DNA of 64,000 bases from an uncultured Chloroflexia bacterium. Lineage in GTDB: Bacteria; Chloroflexota; Anaerolineae; CG2-30-64-16. This document shows positions 40,160-50,880 of this stretch, piece after piece. The translations under genes and the position numbers were made by a program. The notes beneath the pieces were generated by a model. It saw nothing but the letters and a program-made list of their open reading frames with translations. It searched no databases and was not told the DNA's origin. The stretch is from assembly GCA_963774265.1 (NCBI GenBank), contig CAVZDU010000002.1, positions 608,001 to 672,000 on the forward strand. The letters run 5' to 3'. Position 1 is the stretch's first letter. Every line of letters begins with the position of its first letter.

Positions 40160-40687
40160 TCATGGTTCATTCTCCGACGGGTCAGCGCTGCACCGCGCGC
40201 TGGCCATGCGTCTCCGGCGAGAGTCTCCTCGCGGCCGTAGTGCCTTATCCAAGCGTTCGATTTCAACGAGCGCCTGGTTGCTGGTTATGCCATGCCGCGC
40301 AAGGTAGCAGCCCACGATCGTGCCGGTGCCGCCGACACCATCAAGGCAATGGACGTAGACGCAATGGCCCGCCGCGATGGCGGCGTCAAGGGTATCCAGG
40401 ATGTGCGTCACCTCGGTCTGCGTCGGCGTGCCCAGGTAGGGGACGGGTATGCGGCGGAGCTCCACGCTGATACCTCTGGCCGCGGCCTCCTCCAGCAGCA
40501 GCGGCGCATAGGACGCCAGACGGGGTTCCTCGGAAAGGACGAGGAAGAAGGTGAATCCGGCGTCAAGGAATCGGCGCAGCTTCTCGCGGGCCGCATTTGT
40601 AATAGGGCCGCTGGGATACTCGCCGACACACAGTTGGCCGGGCACAACCCAGTAACAGTCCGGGATTGGTTTTGACGGATTGGTCAA
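40160..40687 (-). CDS. Tyrosine/dual-specificity phosphatase-like protein
   Basis: CYWVVPGQL..GEYP, YVHCLDGVGGTG (CX5R arginine replaced by Gly); TTG start with RBS GAGGTG. Confidence 0.7.
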   Translation of the reverse strand: MTNPSKPIPDCYWVVPGQLCVGEYPSGPITNAAREKLRRFLDAGFTFFLVLSEEPRLASYAPLLLEEAAARGISVELRRIPVPYLGTPTQTEVTHILDTLDAAIAAGHCVYVHCLDGVGGTGTIVGCYLARHGITSNQALVEIERLDKALRPRGDSRRRRMASARCSADPSENEP

Positions 40688-40742
40688 TGGATCACCTCGC
40701 GGACTTAGTCGGAACGAATTCAATATGAGGTGGAGCTTGATG

Positions 40743-41184
40743 TCAGGCGTCTTGCGGCAAGGTCCGACCGCGGATGCCCGCATCCAGCTTATGGAGAATC
40801 GTGTCCAAGCGGCTGTTTCCGGCTTGACGAGCGGGCCTCTGTAGCAGAATTTCGCACACTTCAAAGGTGAGGTGTTCGATTGCCCAACCAACCTCACCAT
40901 CACCGATGCCTGGATCGCCGGCGTGGTCGAGCTCGAGTGCCAGTGCGGCATAGGCCGCCGGGCCGAGAATGTGCTTTGTTTGGTGGACATCCGCCAAACT
41001 GCGCCGTTCGCCTTCCCCCACCGGCAAACACCCGAATGCCTTCAATCGCTGAACGGGGCCGGGAATCCGAATCAGCATGCTTCTCATATACCGGGAGCGC
41101 CCTTCCAGCGCAGTCCGCAGCCCAGCTCCCCAAGGCCCTAAGTGACTCCAGGGTCAGCGTGAAATACTTGGACTCACGACCCAT
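40743..41184 (-). pseudogene. Imm5-like immunity-domain protein, frameshifted and apparently internally deleted
   Basis: WAADCAGRALPVYE...DSRPRSAI, then in another frame HILGPAAYAALA...LDAGIR. Confidence 0.55.
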
Positions 41185-41341
41185 CCTTTACCTCCCTCAG
41201 CATTCTACCTCAACTGCCTGCCAGAGTATGAAATTGCTGCCGGAGACCCGCCGTCCATGCAGCCGGCCGGCCCCATTACAAAAAGGAGTCGCCGCGATGT
41301 CTTCCATGTCGCCCGCCGGAATTGCAACGGACTATGAACGG

Positions 41342-41392
41342 GGCTAACGATGCGTTAAGCGGCTCGCTTAGCCCGCTTCAGCGGGCGTTGCC
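41342..41392 (-). other. Degenerate attC-like hairpin
   Basis: Minus strand GGCAAC-GCCC-GCTGAAGCGG-N10-CCGCTTAAC-GCATC-GTTAGCC. Confidence 0.35.
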
Positions 41393-41550
41393 TGGAAGCC
41401 CGGCCACGCGGCCATCTATGCCGGGCGGTCTGGTCGGATGGATCGCCCTGTTTCGCCCTGTCCCCAAGACGATTGGCGTTCCCCGAGAGACGAAGTATAC
41501 TGCGGGTGGCTCACCCGAGCCCCACACAACGCGCCAACACAGGTGGCCAC

Positions 41551-42246
41551 ATGCACACCGCCCTGGTGATCTCATCGGGCATCTTCCACCCATCGCTGCC
41601 CGGCCGGCTGGCCCTGTGGCGGGCGCTCCGCGCGACGCTGGGCGTCACGCTTCGCCACGCCGCCTTCCGCGGCGCCGCGGCCCCGGTCGAGATCCTGGTG
41701 CGGGCGGACGTGCACCGCGCCGACGCGCTGGTGCTGTACATCCACGGCAAGACCATTTCGTCCCCCGCGCTGGACGCCCTGGACCGTTTCGCGGCCGGCG
41801 GCGGCGGCATCCTGGCCATCCATTCCGCCACCGCATCCTTCAAGGAGACGCCGCGCTATACCGATCTTCTCGGCGGCAGGTTTACCGGCCATCCGCCTGT
41901 AGGGCCGCTGGAGATTCGGGCCGTCGCCCGCGCGGACGAGATCTTCGGCGAGATCGCGCCGTTCACCGTAACGGACGAGGCCTACGAGCACGAGCTGCGC
42001 GATGACATCCGCGTCCACTTCGTGGCACGGCCGGCGCAGCGCACGGGGCTAGCCGCGGGCCTGCCAGCCGCCGCACCTGCTGCGCAGGCGATGCCCATCG
42101 TCTGGACGCGGCGCCACGGCGGAGGCCGGATCTGCTATGTCGGGCTGGGCCACCGCGCGGCGAGCCTGCGCCACCCCCACACGATCGCCATCCTCCAGGC
42201 CGGCCTGGCGTGGGTCTGCCGGGCCACCGCAGCGGTCGCGCCATGA
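41551..42246 (+). CDS. ThuA-like (class I glutamine amidotransferase fold) protein
   Basis: GGGILAIHSA, LLGGRFTGHP, DEAY, GRICYVGLGH. Confidence 0.82.
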   Translation: MHTALVISSGIFHPSLPGRLALWRALRATLGVTLRHAAFRGAAAPVEILVRADVHRADALVLYIHGKTISSPALDALDRFAAGGGGILAIHSATASFKETPRYTDLLGGRFTGHPPVGPLEIRAVARADEIFGEIAPFTVTDEAYEHELRDDIRVHFVARPAQRTGLAAGLPAAAPAAQAMPIVWTRRHGGGRICYVGLGHRAASLRHPHTIAILQAGLAWVCRATAAVAP

Positions 42247-43277
42247 GCAGCCCCCTGGCGCTGGCCATCGTCGGCTGCGGTGACGTGGCCCGCTTCACCG
42301 CCGGGTTCGCCAGGCTCAACCGCGGCATCCGCCTGGTCGCCTGTTGCGATATCGATGCCGGCCGCGCAGCGCAATTCGCACGGCGCTTCGGCATCCCCCA
42401 GGTCTACCGCGATATCGGCGAGATGCTGGCGGCCGGGGCCCGGCCGGACGCGCTCTACCTGGCCGTGCCCCACCACCTGCACCGTCTAATGGCCCTGCAG
42501 GCCATCGCGGCCGGCATCCCCGCGCTCATCGAGAAGCCACTGGCAGCCACGCTCCCTGAGGGGCAAGAGATAGCCATCGCGTGTGCCGCGGCCGGCATCA
42601 AGGTGGGGGTGAACTACCAGTACCGCTACGACGGGGGATGCTACGCTCTGGCCCGCGCGGTTCAGGCCGGCGCCTTGGGGGAGATTCGCTATGCGCGCTG
42701 CAACCTCCCCTGGCATCGCGACGCGAAGTACTTCGCCCGCGCGGGGTGGCACGCACGGCTCGCCACAGCCGGCGGCGGCACGCTGATCACCCAGGGCAGC
42801 CATCTCCTGGACGTGGTCCTTTGGGCCCTCGGCAGCCGGCCAGTCACGGCGATGGGCGCGACCAGCCAACGCGTGTTCAGGGACGTGGAGGTCGAAGACC
42901 TGGCCCTGGGGATCGTCGAGCTGGCCGATGGCGCGCTGGTGGAGGTTTGCAGCTCGATGGTCGCGCACGCCGGGCAGGCCCTGAGCATCGAGGTCTACGG
43001 CTCGAGGGGGACCGCGACGTACAGCAACCGTCCGTGGCCCCACGTGCGGTTCCGCGGGGTGCGGCCCACCCGCCAGCTCCCGCCCGGCGGCCCGTTGAGC
43101 GGCATCCATGCCCTCCAGCGCAGCCTGGAAGGCTTCCGCGCCTGGGTCGTGGACGAACCGTCCGCCGGCGGACGCCCCTACCTGACACCCGCGGACGAGG
43201 CGCTGCCTGTGCTGGCCGCGGTGGACGCCATCTACCGCTCGAGCCGGACGGGCCGCCGCGAGGAGGTGACATTGTGA
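42243..43277 (+). CDS. Gfo/Idh/MocA family oxidoreductase
   Basis: IVGCG, LIEKPLA, AGGGTLITQGSHLLD, EVED. Confidence 0.9.
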   Translation: MSSPLALAIVGCGDVARFTAGFARLNRGIRLVACCDIDAGRAAQFARRFGIPQVYRDIGEMLAAGARPDALYLAVPHHLHRLMALQAIAAGIPALIEKPLAATLPEGQEIAIACAAAGIKVGVNYQYRYDGGCYALARAVQAGALGEIRYARCNLPWHRDAKYFARAGWHARLATAGGGTLITQGSHLLDVVLWALGSRPVTAMGATSQRVFRDVEVEDLALGIVELADGALVEVCSSMVAHAGQALSIEVYGSRGTATYSNRPWPHVRFRGVRPTRQLPPGGPLSGIHALQRSLEGFRAWVVDEPSAGGRPYLTPADEALPVLAAVDAIYRSSRTGRREEVTL

Positions 43278-44737
43278 ACCCAACGCCCCCTTCACCTGCC
43301 GACAAACTGCCCCTCTGGCGCAAGATCGGCTACGGCCTGGGCGACATTTACGGTGGCGGCTCCGGCGTCATCGTCAGCTTCTACTACCTGATCTTCCTGA
43401 CCGACGTCGTGCGGCTCAATCCTGCGCTGGCGGGCACGGTGATCCTCATCAGCAAGGCGTACGACGCGATCACGGACCCCCTGGAAGGCGTGCTCTCCGA
43501 CCGCACCCGCACGCGCCTGGGCAGGCGGCGGCCCTACCTGCTGGGCGGCATTCCGCTGATCTTCCTGTCGTTCTTCGGCCTCTTCTACCCGATCAATCTC
43601 GACTCGGAGGGCGCTCGTTTTGCGTTTGTGGTGGCCACCTACCTGTTCTTCTCGACGGTGGTCAGCCTGGTGATGCTCAACTACAACGCGCTGCAGGCCG
43701 AGATCACGCTGGACTACCACGAGCGCACCTCGCTCAGCTCGATTCGCATCACCTTTTCGACCCTGTCCTCGATCCTGGCCGCGCTGCTGCCGCTGGAGAT
43801 CGTCAAGCGTTTCGCGGATGTGCGCGCGGGCTACGTCGCGATGGGGCTGATCTTCGGCGCGCTGTTCGCGCTGCCGTTCATCGCGACCGTGGTCTCGGTC
43901 CGCGAGCGCCCCGAGTTCCAGAAGCCGCCCGAGCGGCTGGATCTGGCCGCCACCGTGCTGCGGCCGTTCCGCGTGCGCACCTTCGTCCTCGCGCTGCTGA
44001 TGTACCTGTTCGCGTTCGTGGCCATGGACGCGGTCAGCAGCATCCTGGTCTACTTCATGAAGTACTACCTGGGCCGCGGGGGCGAGGCCAACTACGTGGC
44101 CGGCACGCTGCTCGTCTTCCAGGTGCTTTCGCTGCCGCTCTACGTGGCGCTGAGCCGGCGCACCAGCAAACGCCTCGGCTTTATCATCGGCGGGATCACG
44201 TGGATCGTCGTGATGTTCGTCAGCTTCCTGATCACGCCCGCCAGCCCCTGGCTCCTGGTCTACATCTTCGCGGCGCTGGTCGGCCTGGGCACGGGGGGCA
44301 TCGTGGTGATGATCTACGCGATCTTCCCCGATATCCCCGATGTGGACGAGCTCGAGTCGGGACAGCGCCGCGAGGGGATCTTCGGCAGCCTGATCTCGCT
44401 CTCGCGCAAGCTCAGCTCGGCCCTGGCGCTTTTCGCGGTCGCCAATGTGCTGGGGCTGGCGGGCTACATCCGGCCGGTCGAGCAGGTGGTCGACGGTGCG
44501 TCGCAGCTGATCGACCAGCCGCAGTCGGCGCAGTTCATCCTGGTGCTGCGGCTGATCTTCGCGTTCCTGCCGGTGATCCTGGTGAGCTGCTCCGTCTTCT
44601 TCGCCAGCCGCTACCCGCTGAACGGGGCGGCGCACGCGCGGCTGAACACGCTGCTGGCGCGGCGCCGGGGCGGCGCGACCGAAACCCCGGAGATGGCCGC
44701 GGAGGCGGAGGCGCTGAAGCGTGTGCTGATCGGGTAG
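43274..44737 (+). CDS. MFS glycoside-pentoside-hexuronide (MelB-like) transporter
   Basis: KIGYGLGD, DAITDPLEGVLSDRTRTRLGRRRPY, DVDELESGQRREG. Confidence 0.9.
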   Translation: MNPTPPSPADKLPLWRKIGYGLGDIYGGGSGVIVSFYYLIFLTDVVRLNPALAGTVILISKAYDAITDPLEGVLSDRTRTRLGRRRPYLLGGIPLIFLSFFGLFYPINLDSEGARFAFVVATYLFFSTVVSLVMLNYNALQAEITLDYHERTSLSSIRITFSTLSSILAALLPLEIVKRFADVRAGYVAMGLIFGALFALPFIATVVSVRERPEFQKPPERLDLAATVLRPFRVRTFVLALLMYLFAFVAMDAVSSILVYFMKYYLGRGGEANYVAGTLLVFQVLSLPLYVALSRRTSKRLGFIIGGITWIVVMFVSFLITPASPWLLVYIFAALVGLGTGGIVVMIYAIFPDIPDVDELESGQRREGIFGSLISLSRKLSSALALFAVANVLGLAGYIRPVEQVVDGASQLIDQPQSAQFILVLRLIFAFLPVILVSCSVFFASRYPLNGAAHARLNTLLARRRGGATETPEMAAEAEALKRVLIG

Positions 44738-44748
44738 ACGCTGCGTCC

Positions 44749-44806
44749 AGGTGCCGGGCACCTCGGTGCGTCAAGGTGCCGGGCACCTTCGAGGTGCCCG
44801 GCACCT
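44749..44806. repeat. Three intergenic copies of the palindrome AGGTGCC(G/C)GGCACCT
   Basis: Copies at 44749-44763, 44774-44788 and 44792-44806. Confidence 0.85.
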
Positions 44807-44825
44807 CCAATCGAAGGAGTCGCCC

Positions 44826-46933
44826 ATGACCACCGTGCACGCCTCGCCCACTTACCGGATCCGCGCGACCGATGCGCCGCCGCCGGGCTACCCCACCGCG
44901 CCCGCGGCCGATGCCTTTGCGGTGGAGCCGGACGCCGGAAGCTTCGAGGTGCGGCGCGCGGCGTTCCTGGCGCACTGCCTGGCCAACCCCGCGCCCGAGA
45001 ATACGAAGGGGATCTATCACGAGCTGGTCCGCCTCGCCGCCTCCGGCCGCGCGGGCAGCCGCAGCACCGGCGACATCGGTGTCGTACACGAAGGCGTGAT
45101 CGCCGCGACGCTGGACTTCATCGATAGCCGGCACGACTGCGCGGACTTCAGCCTCCACGGCGTGCTGCGGCTGCTCTACCAGTTCGGGGACCATCCCGGG
45201 CTCAGCCCCGGCCTGGTCCAACGCTGCCGGCAGACGGTGCTGGGTTTCAAATACTGGCCCGATGAGCCGGGCGCGGATTCGATGTGCACGTGGACCGAGA
45301 ACCATCACATCCTGTTCGCGTCCGCCGCGTACCTGGCCGGCCAGATGTTCCCCGCCGCGGTCTTCACCAACTCAGGCCGCACGGGCGCGGAGAAGATGGC
45401 GCAGAACCGGCCGCGCATCAGCCGCTGGCTCGATCTGCGCTTCCGCACCGGCTTCTCCGAGTGGCTCTCGCACGTCTATTACGACGAGGACCTGACCGCG
45501 CTCCTCTCGCTGGTCGACTTCTGCCGCGACGCGGAGATTCGCGCCAGGGCGGCGATGGTGATCGACCTGCTGCTGCTCGACATCGCGTTGAACAGCTTTC
45601 GCGGGGTGTTCGGCAGCAGCCACGGCCGCGCGTACGAGAACACCAAGAAGTGGGCCCGGGAGGAGGGGACGACCGACACGGCCAAGCTGCTGTTCGGCGC
45701 CGGGCAATTCTCCGGCTTCGACAACATGAGCGCGGCCGCGTTCGCGCTCAGCCCCAACTACCGCGTGCCCCCGCGATCGCGGCCCTCGCGGCCGGCGCCG
45801 ATGAGGGTGGCCGCGCCGCAATGGAGAACCGCCAGCGCATGGGCATCCGCCTGGCCGAGGCCGGGCGCTGGGGGCTGGGCGCGGAGCGCGCGGCATACGT
45901 GCCGGCGGCATGCATGGCGGCGGCATACGTGCCGGCGGCCTATGAGCCGTTTGAGGACGGCATGACCTACCTGACGCTGGAAGCCTATCTCCACCCGCGC
46001 ACGGTGAGCCTGGTCATGGCTATGTTCGACGCGTTCGGCTGGTGGGACAACGCATTCTTCGCGCCGTTCAAGCCCTATCGCAGGCTGCTGAGCTGGCTGC
46101 GGCGGACGCGCACCTTGCCCCTGCTGGCGCGGGCCTTCGAGTGGGATCTGTGCCGCAACACGCGCGAGGAAGTGAACGTCCTGACCTGCCGCACGCCCGA
46201 TTTCATGCTGAGCTGTGCGCAGGACTACCGGCCCGGCTACGGGGGCGATCAGCAGCACATCTGGCAGGCGACGCTCGGTCCCGACGCGGTGTGCTTCACC
46301 ACGCATCCCGCGCGGCTGGCGGGCCCCTCGCCCAACTATTGGGCCGGATCGGGCGTGCTGCCCAGGGCGGCGCAGGTGGGGAACGTCGTGATCGCGGTGT
46401 ATCGCATCCATCGCAAGCCCGCGCTCTACGTGCGGGGGCGGCTGGCTTTCACCCACGCCTGGCTGCCGCGCGACCGTTTCGACGCGGTCGTCGAACGGGA
46501 GGGCTGGATTTTCGCGGCGAAAGGGGACGGCTACCTGGCGCTCCGTTCGCAGCGGCCCACCCGCTGGCAGGAGAGTGCCGGGGAGGATAGAAGCCGCGAG
46601 ATCATCGCGGAGGGGGATGCGAACATCTGGATCTGCGAGCTGGGGCGCCGGGCGGTCGACGGGGGCTTCGACGCGTTCATGGCCCGCATCTGTGCCGCGG
46701 CCGTGCGGTACCGCGGGTCAAGCGTGACCTACGACTCGCCTTCCCAGGGGCGGCTGGAGTTCGGCTGGCGCGGCCCCCTGCGCCGGGCCGGGCAGGTCGT
46801 CCCGCTGCACGACTACCCTCGTTATGACAACCCCTACGTCCGCGCCGAATTCCCTGCTGAGCGGGTCGTCGTGAACGCGGGAGGGCATGAGTTGGTCCTG
46901 GATTGGGGGGAGATGAGGCGCGCGCAGGTCTAG
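44826..46933 (+). CDS. Large hypothetical protein, possibly heparinase II/III-like fold; frameshift near 45770
   Basis: RBS AAGGAG; DCADF, WTENHHIL, GFSEWLSHVY, QQHIWQATLG, FTHAWLP; last gene of the sugar operon. Confidence 0.6.
45890..45949 (+). repeat. Four in-frame 15-bp tandem repeats (AAYVP AACMA AAYVP AAYEP)
   Basis: GCGGCATACGTGCCG unit and variants read directly. Confidence 0.75.
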
Positions 46934-46977
46934 CTGCGATTTTTGAGGCCAGGAATTCGAAATGAAGAAGAGCAGTT

Positions 46978-47026
46978 CGGTGGTGCTCCTGGCGGTCATG
47001 CAATGCACGTGCCAGGAACACCACCG
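46978..47026. terminator. Hairpin between convergent genes
   Basis: CGGTGGTGCTCCTGGC / GCCAGGAACACCACCG stem; no U-tract. Confidence 0.5.
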
Positions 47027-47055
47027 GGTGCGAAGTCTATCGAGTGACCGGCGGG

Positions 47056-48567
47056 TTACTGCGCCGGCAGCACCTTTTGACCCCGATTGCTCGGATCGAT
47101 CTGGAAGTTGCCCTTGCCCCGCTGCGCGTTGACGTCGGCTGTGTTCATGGCGTACTGGAGCACAGCATAGGCCGTCGCATCCGAGTTGACATCGAGGGCG
47201 GTGTCATTGTTGTTGTCATAGGTGTCACAGGCCAGGTGATAGCATGCATCGTACGGCTGACCTGCTGTGCCGCCCCAGCTGGCGGCTTCCGCGGCTGTCT
47301 TGACCCCCTCGGCGCCCGAGAAGAGACCGCCGGAAGGAATACCGACCTCGATAAAGCGCCCGTAGTCGGAGCGGCCCGAGAAATCCGTGCCCTTGAACGG
47401 GATGCCCACGCTATTGAAGTACCGCTCGAAGGTCTTTTCGATCTGCGCCGAGCCTGCCGGACCGGCGGGCGCGTCAACTTGGTCCGAGTCATCACCGTCG
47501 TAGATGAAGAAGACGTGGTTCGGCGAGCCGATCATGTCGAAGTTGAGGTAGAGCGCGATCCGGTTTTGTTCCGCCTGGCTCAGGCCGTTGACGTATTCCG
47601 TGGAGCCCACCAAACCGGCCTCTTCCGCGCCCCACCAGGCAAAGCGAACCTTGTTGCGGGGTTTGACTTTGGCCATCTGCTCCGCCACTTCGAGCAACGC
47701 GGCGGAACCGGAGCCGTTGTCGTTGATGCCGGGTCCGCGCTGGACGGAGTCAAGGTGCGCGCCTGCCATCACCACATTATTCGGGTTGCCCCCTGCCGAT
47801 TCAGCGATCACGTTGTATTGCGTCATGTCCTGCGGTGCATCCACCTTGACGTGTGCTGTCGCTCCAGGTTGGGCAAGCGCTTCCCCATCCGCGAACGAAG
47901 CGCCGACGACCGGAATGCCTACGGTGGAGGGCGCCAGAGTTCCCACGATGAGACCTTCACGCTCAGGGCTATTGCCCTGGTTGAAGATGATCACGGCCGT
48001 GGCGCCCGCGGCCTCCGCGTTCGCTGCCTTAACCGCAAAGGTACAGGTGCCGCGTTGGATCAGCGCGATGTTGCCGGCCGGGAACCCTGCAAAATCTGCG
48101 GCATCGCATCCGCTGTCGTTGGCTCGCGGCGGGACCAGATTGACGTCAACAGGCGTGACCGCCGCGGTGACATCCCCGAAACCCGACCCGGTGAAAGCGC
48201 CGGTCTCATAAAGAGCGGCGATAGGTGCGATCTGTTGCAGAACCGCGGGCGGGACATAGACAAACGGGAAGTCGTCGACAGTCACGTTATAGCCGGCAGC
48301 CGTCATGCGATCGACGACATACTTCAGGCTGGCGTCGTAACCCGGGGTTCCCGCGGCGCGGATGCCTCCGTTTGCGTTGGCAATTCCCCGGAATGCGGCC
48401 TGGTGCTCTCGCACACCACCCAGCGTCACGCATTCCAGCAGCTTGGCGAAGGTGTTGTTGACGCGAGTGTCACAGGCATTGTCGCCCGCGGCTGCTGACG
48501 GTGCGACGACCAGCGCGGCGGCGAATACGATCATCAAGGCGATCACTGGGACGAGCTTGCGGGACAT
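47056..48567 (-). CDS. Secreted M28 aminopeptidase with PA domain
   Basis: Signal peptide; RGTCTF (PA); GAHLDSV, GINDNGSG, AEE, NFDM, RSDY, YHLACD. Confidence 0.92.
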   Translation of the reverse strand: MSRKLVPVIALMIVFAAALVVAPSAAAGDNACDTRVNNTFAKLLECVTLGGVREHQAAFRGIANANGGIRAAGTPGYDASLKYVVDRMTAAGYNVTVDDFPFVYVPPAVLQQIAPIAALYETGAFTGSGFGDVTAAVTPVDVNLVPPRANDSGCDAADFAGFPAGNIALIQRGTCTFAVKAANAEAAGATAVIIFNQGNSPEREGLIVGTLAPSTVGIPVVGASFADGEALAQPGATAHVKVDAPQDMTQYNVIAESAGGNPNNVVMAGAHLDSVQRGPGINDNGSGSAALLEVAEQMAKVKPRNKVRFAWWGAEEAGLVGSTEYVNGLSQAEQNRIALYLNFDMIGSPNHVFFIYDGDDSDQVDAPAGPAGSAQIEKTFERYFNSVGIPFKGTDFSGRSDYGRFIEVGIPSGGLFSGAEGVKTAAEAASWGGTAGQPYDACYHLACDTYDNNNDTALDVNSDATAYAVLQYAMNTADVNAQRGKGNFQIDPSNRGQKVLPAQ

Positions 48568-48787
48568 GAGCCTCTCCTTGGTGTCAGGTTGCGGCCGGCA
48601 GGTAAAGTACAAAAATTGTGCAAACAGAATGCAAGCGTATATTGGGTCATTTGCTCGTGATGTATTATGGATTCCAAATACTGGGGACGTGCGCACCGCT
48701 CACCAGAGCGCTGATGGCTATGGGGAGTGTTTGCCGATCACTGAACTACTGCCTGGAGGATTGCTTCAGCCGCGACCAGTCTACCCC

Positions 48788-50024
48788 TCACAGCACCCGG
48801 TCCGCGGCCGGGATCTTGAGCACCAGGATGCTGAGCGCGAAGCAGATCGGGACGAACAGCAGCGCGGCCAGGCCAAACTTGAGCAGCGGATAGAGCGCGA
48901 TGCCGGCCGTCGCGATGGCCAGCGCGGTGATGACCGGCTCGTGGATCAGGTAGGCCGTGTACGCGTGGCGCGCGAGCAGCCGCGCCAGCGCCCCCTGCCG
49001 GTTCCAGCGCCCCCGGAACAGGTAGATCAGGCCGATGCTCATCGCCAGGGACATGCATGCTTCCCACATCGCATTGAGGAGCGCCTGCCAGTGCCAGCCG
49101 CCCTCGAAGGGCTCCGAGTTCTCGATGGCGCCGCTGAGGATTGCCAGCACCGGGTAGAGGATGATCAGGACCCCCGCGGCCCACAGGCAGAGCCGCCCCG
49201 TGGCCCCCGGCAGGGTCATCAGCCAGTTGCGGCGGTAGGCGATCAGCCCGAGGATGAAGAGCGCGATGTACTCGGCGAAATTGGCAAGCTGCAGGTTCAG
49301 CGGCTCGAACCGCGTGCCGGCCGGGAAGATGAGCCGCACCGCAAAGGTGGCGACCCCGATCAGCAGCGCACAGAGCGCGATGGCGCGGAGGCCGGGGAAT
49401 GGGGTTTCCCTCGCCGGGAGCGCCGCCGCGTCCGCCGCGGCGGGCCGCGCCGGACGCGGCCGGGTCAGCAGCCGCCACAGCACGTAGACGGCGGAGAAGA
49501 TCAGCAACGTTTCGATGAACCAGAGCGGTCCGCCGCCGATGACCCCGTAATCCCTGAAGTAGACATGGGTATACCAGTCCCAGGGCGACCGGCCGGGCCT
49601 TGGGGGACCCATCAACCCCAGGTAGATCAGCCCGGGCCGGAGGATCCAGCTGTAGAGGGCCAGCGGAAGGCCCAGGCGGATCAGGCGGTCCTTCATGAAG
49701 GCGCCCGCTCCCTTGCGATCGTAGGAACCCGGCACAAAGTAGGCCGAGATGAGCAGGAAGAGGCCCATGAAGTACGCCTGGTTGACCGCACAGAACCAGC
49801 CGCCGAGCGCTGCGGTGATGTCGTCCTGCCGGTCCTCATAGTAAATCCAGCCCCCGCTGCCCGCGTAGATCACCATCAGATGGTGCAGCACCACCAGCAC
49901 CGTGAGAAAGACGCGGATATTGTCGATGAAGAACAGGCGAACGGCCGCCCTGGCCGGCCGTTCCCCGGCGGCGGGTGCCGGCTGGCCGCGACGCGCGCCC
50001 CGGGGCGCCTGCGTAGCTCGACAT
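48788..50024 (-). CDS. Acyltransferase family 3 (OpgC/MdoC-like), probable frameshift near the 5' end
   Basis: RLFFIDNIR...LVVLHH, FMGLFLLISAYF, DRLIRLGLP, GPLWF, AYLIH. Confidence 0.85.
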
Positions 50025-50278
50025 AGGCTGCCTCCCTGCGGTGTGTGGGTCTAGAAGGCGGGATGTATCCGGGTGGATGTCGTGATTATAAGGGGCGCGG
50101 AGTGGTGCGTCAAGCACTTTTCGAATTGGATAGCAGTGGTCAAACGGGAAGTGCCCAACCACGCGACCGGCGGCATTGTGCTGCCGCCTCAGGACGAGTC
50201 TATATTAGTCGCAAGGTGAAACCCGCGACTCCAAACACAGAAGCATGCAGCGTTCGCGCTGCGATCGGTTCAGGCCCC

Positions 50279-50542
50279 CTATTTCGGGCGGAACGCCACC
50301 CTGTACAGCGCGAAGGCGACCAACAGATAGGCCAGGGTTCGCACCACGATCAGCACCCCTGCCAGGGAATCCTTCGCCCCAAGAAGCATCGCCAAATGGG
50401 AAAGCCCAAAGAGACCAAAGGCGATACCAATGTACAGGGGAAAAACCTCTCCCGAACGACGATAGCCTATGACCGCAAAGATCAGAATGATGATGCATAG
50501 TACCAGATTGACCGTGGTTGTCGGATCCCAGACGATGCTCAT
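50279..50542 (-). CDS. Small three-TM membrane protein
   Basis: RBS GAGGAGG; hydrophobic 87-aa ORF. Confidence 0.65.
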   Translation of the reverse strand: MSIVWDPTTTVNLVLCIIILIFAVIGYRRSGEVFPLYIGIAFGLFGLSHLAMLLGAKDSLAGVLIVVRTLAYLLVAFALYRVAFRPK

Positions 50543-50880
50543 GCTGTGCCTCCTCGGGTCACCACTTGTTCAATGAGGGAGGTGCGCTTTTTCACCTGTC
50601 GCAAGTATACACCCGTCTGACCCATTTTGATCCGATGAGTTTTAGAATCCCGGCTTGTTATGTAAAATCGGCGCGCTTTAGCGCCTGCAATCCGAGAGGC
50701 TCACAGAAATGATTGGTGATTACATAAATAAGTCAATTAGTGCACCATAATCGTACAAACGCATACACGCAAGAGAAAGCTGGTGGATGTCCACGATTCA
50801 GATTGAAGAGTCGAGGCTGCACGCGGCCTGCCCCAGCATCTTGCGATCGTCAAGCCAGCATGTGATGGGAGGAACAGACT

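Noticed and set aside
44749-44806. Repeated palindromes as a mini CRISPR array
   Set aside because: Units are 15 bp with 3-10-bp gaps, with no unique spacers and no cas genes; REP-like instead
43292-50026. Long antisense or alternate-frame ORFs (43292-44761, 47044-48498, 48362-50026)
   Set aside because: Shadows of well-supported genes in high-GC DNA; no motifs
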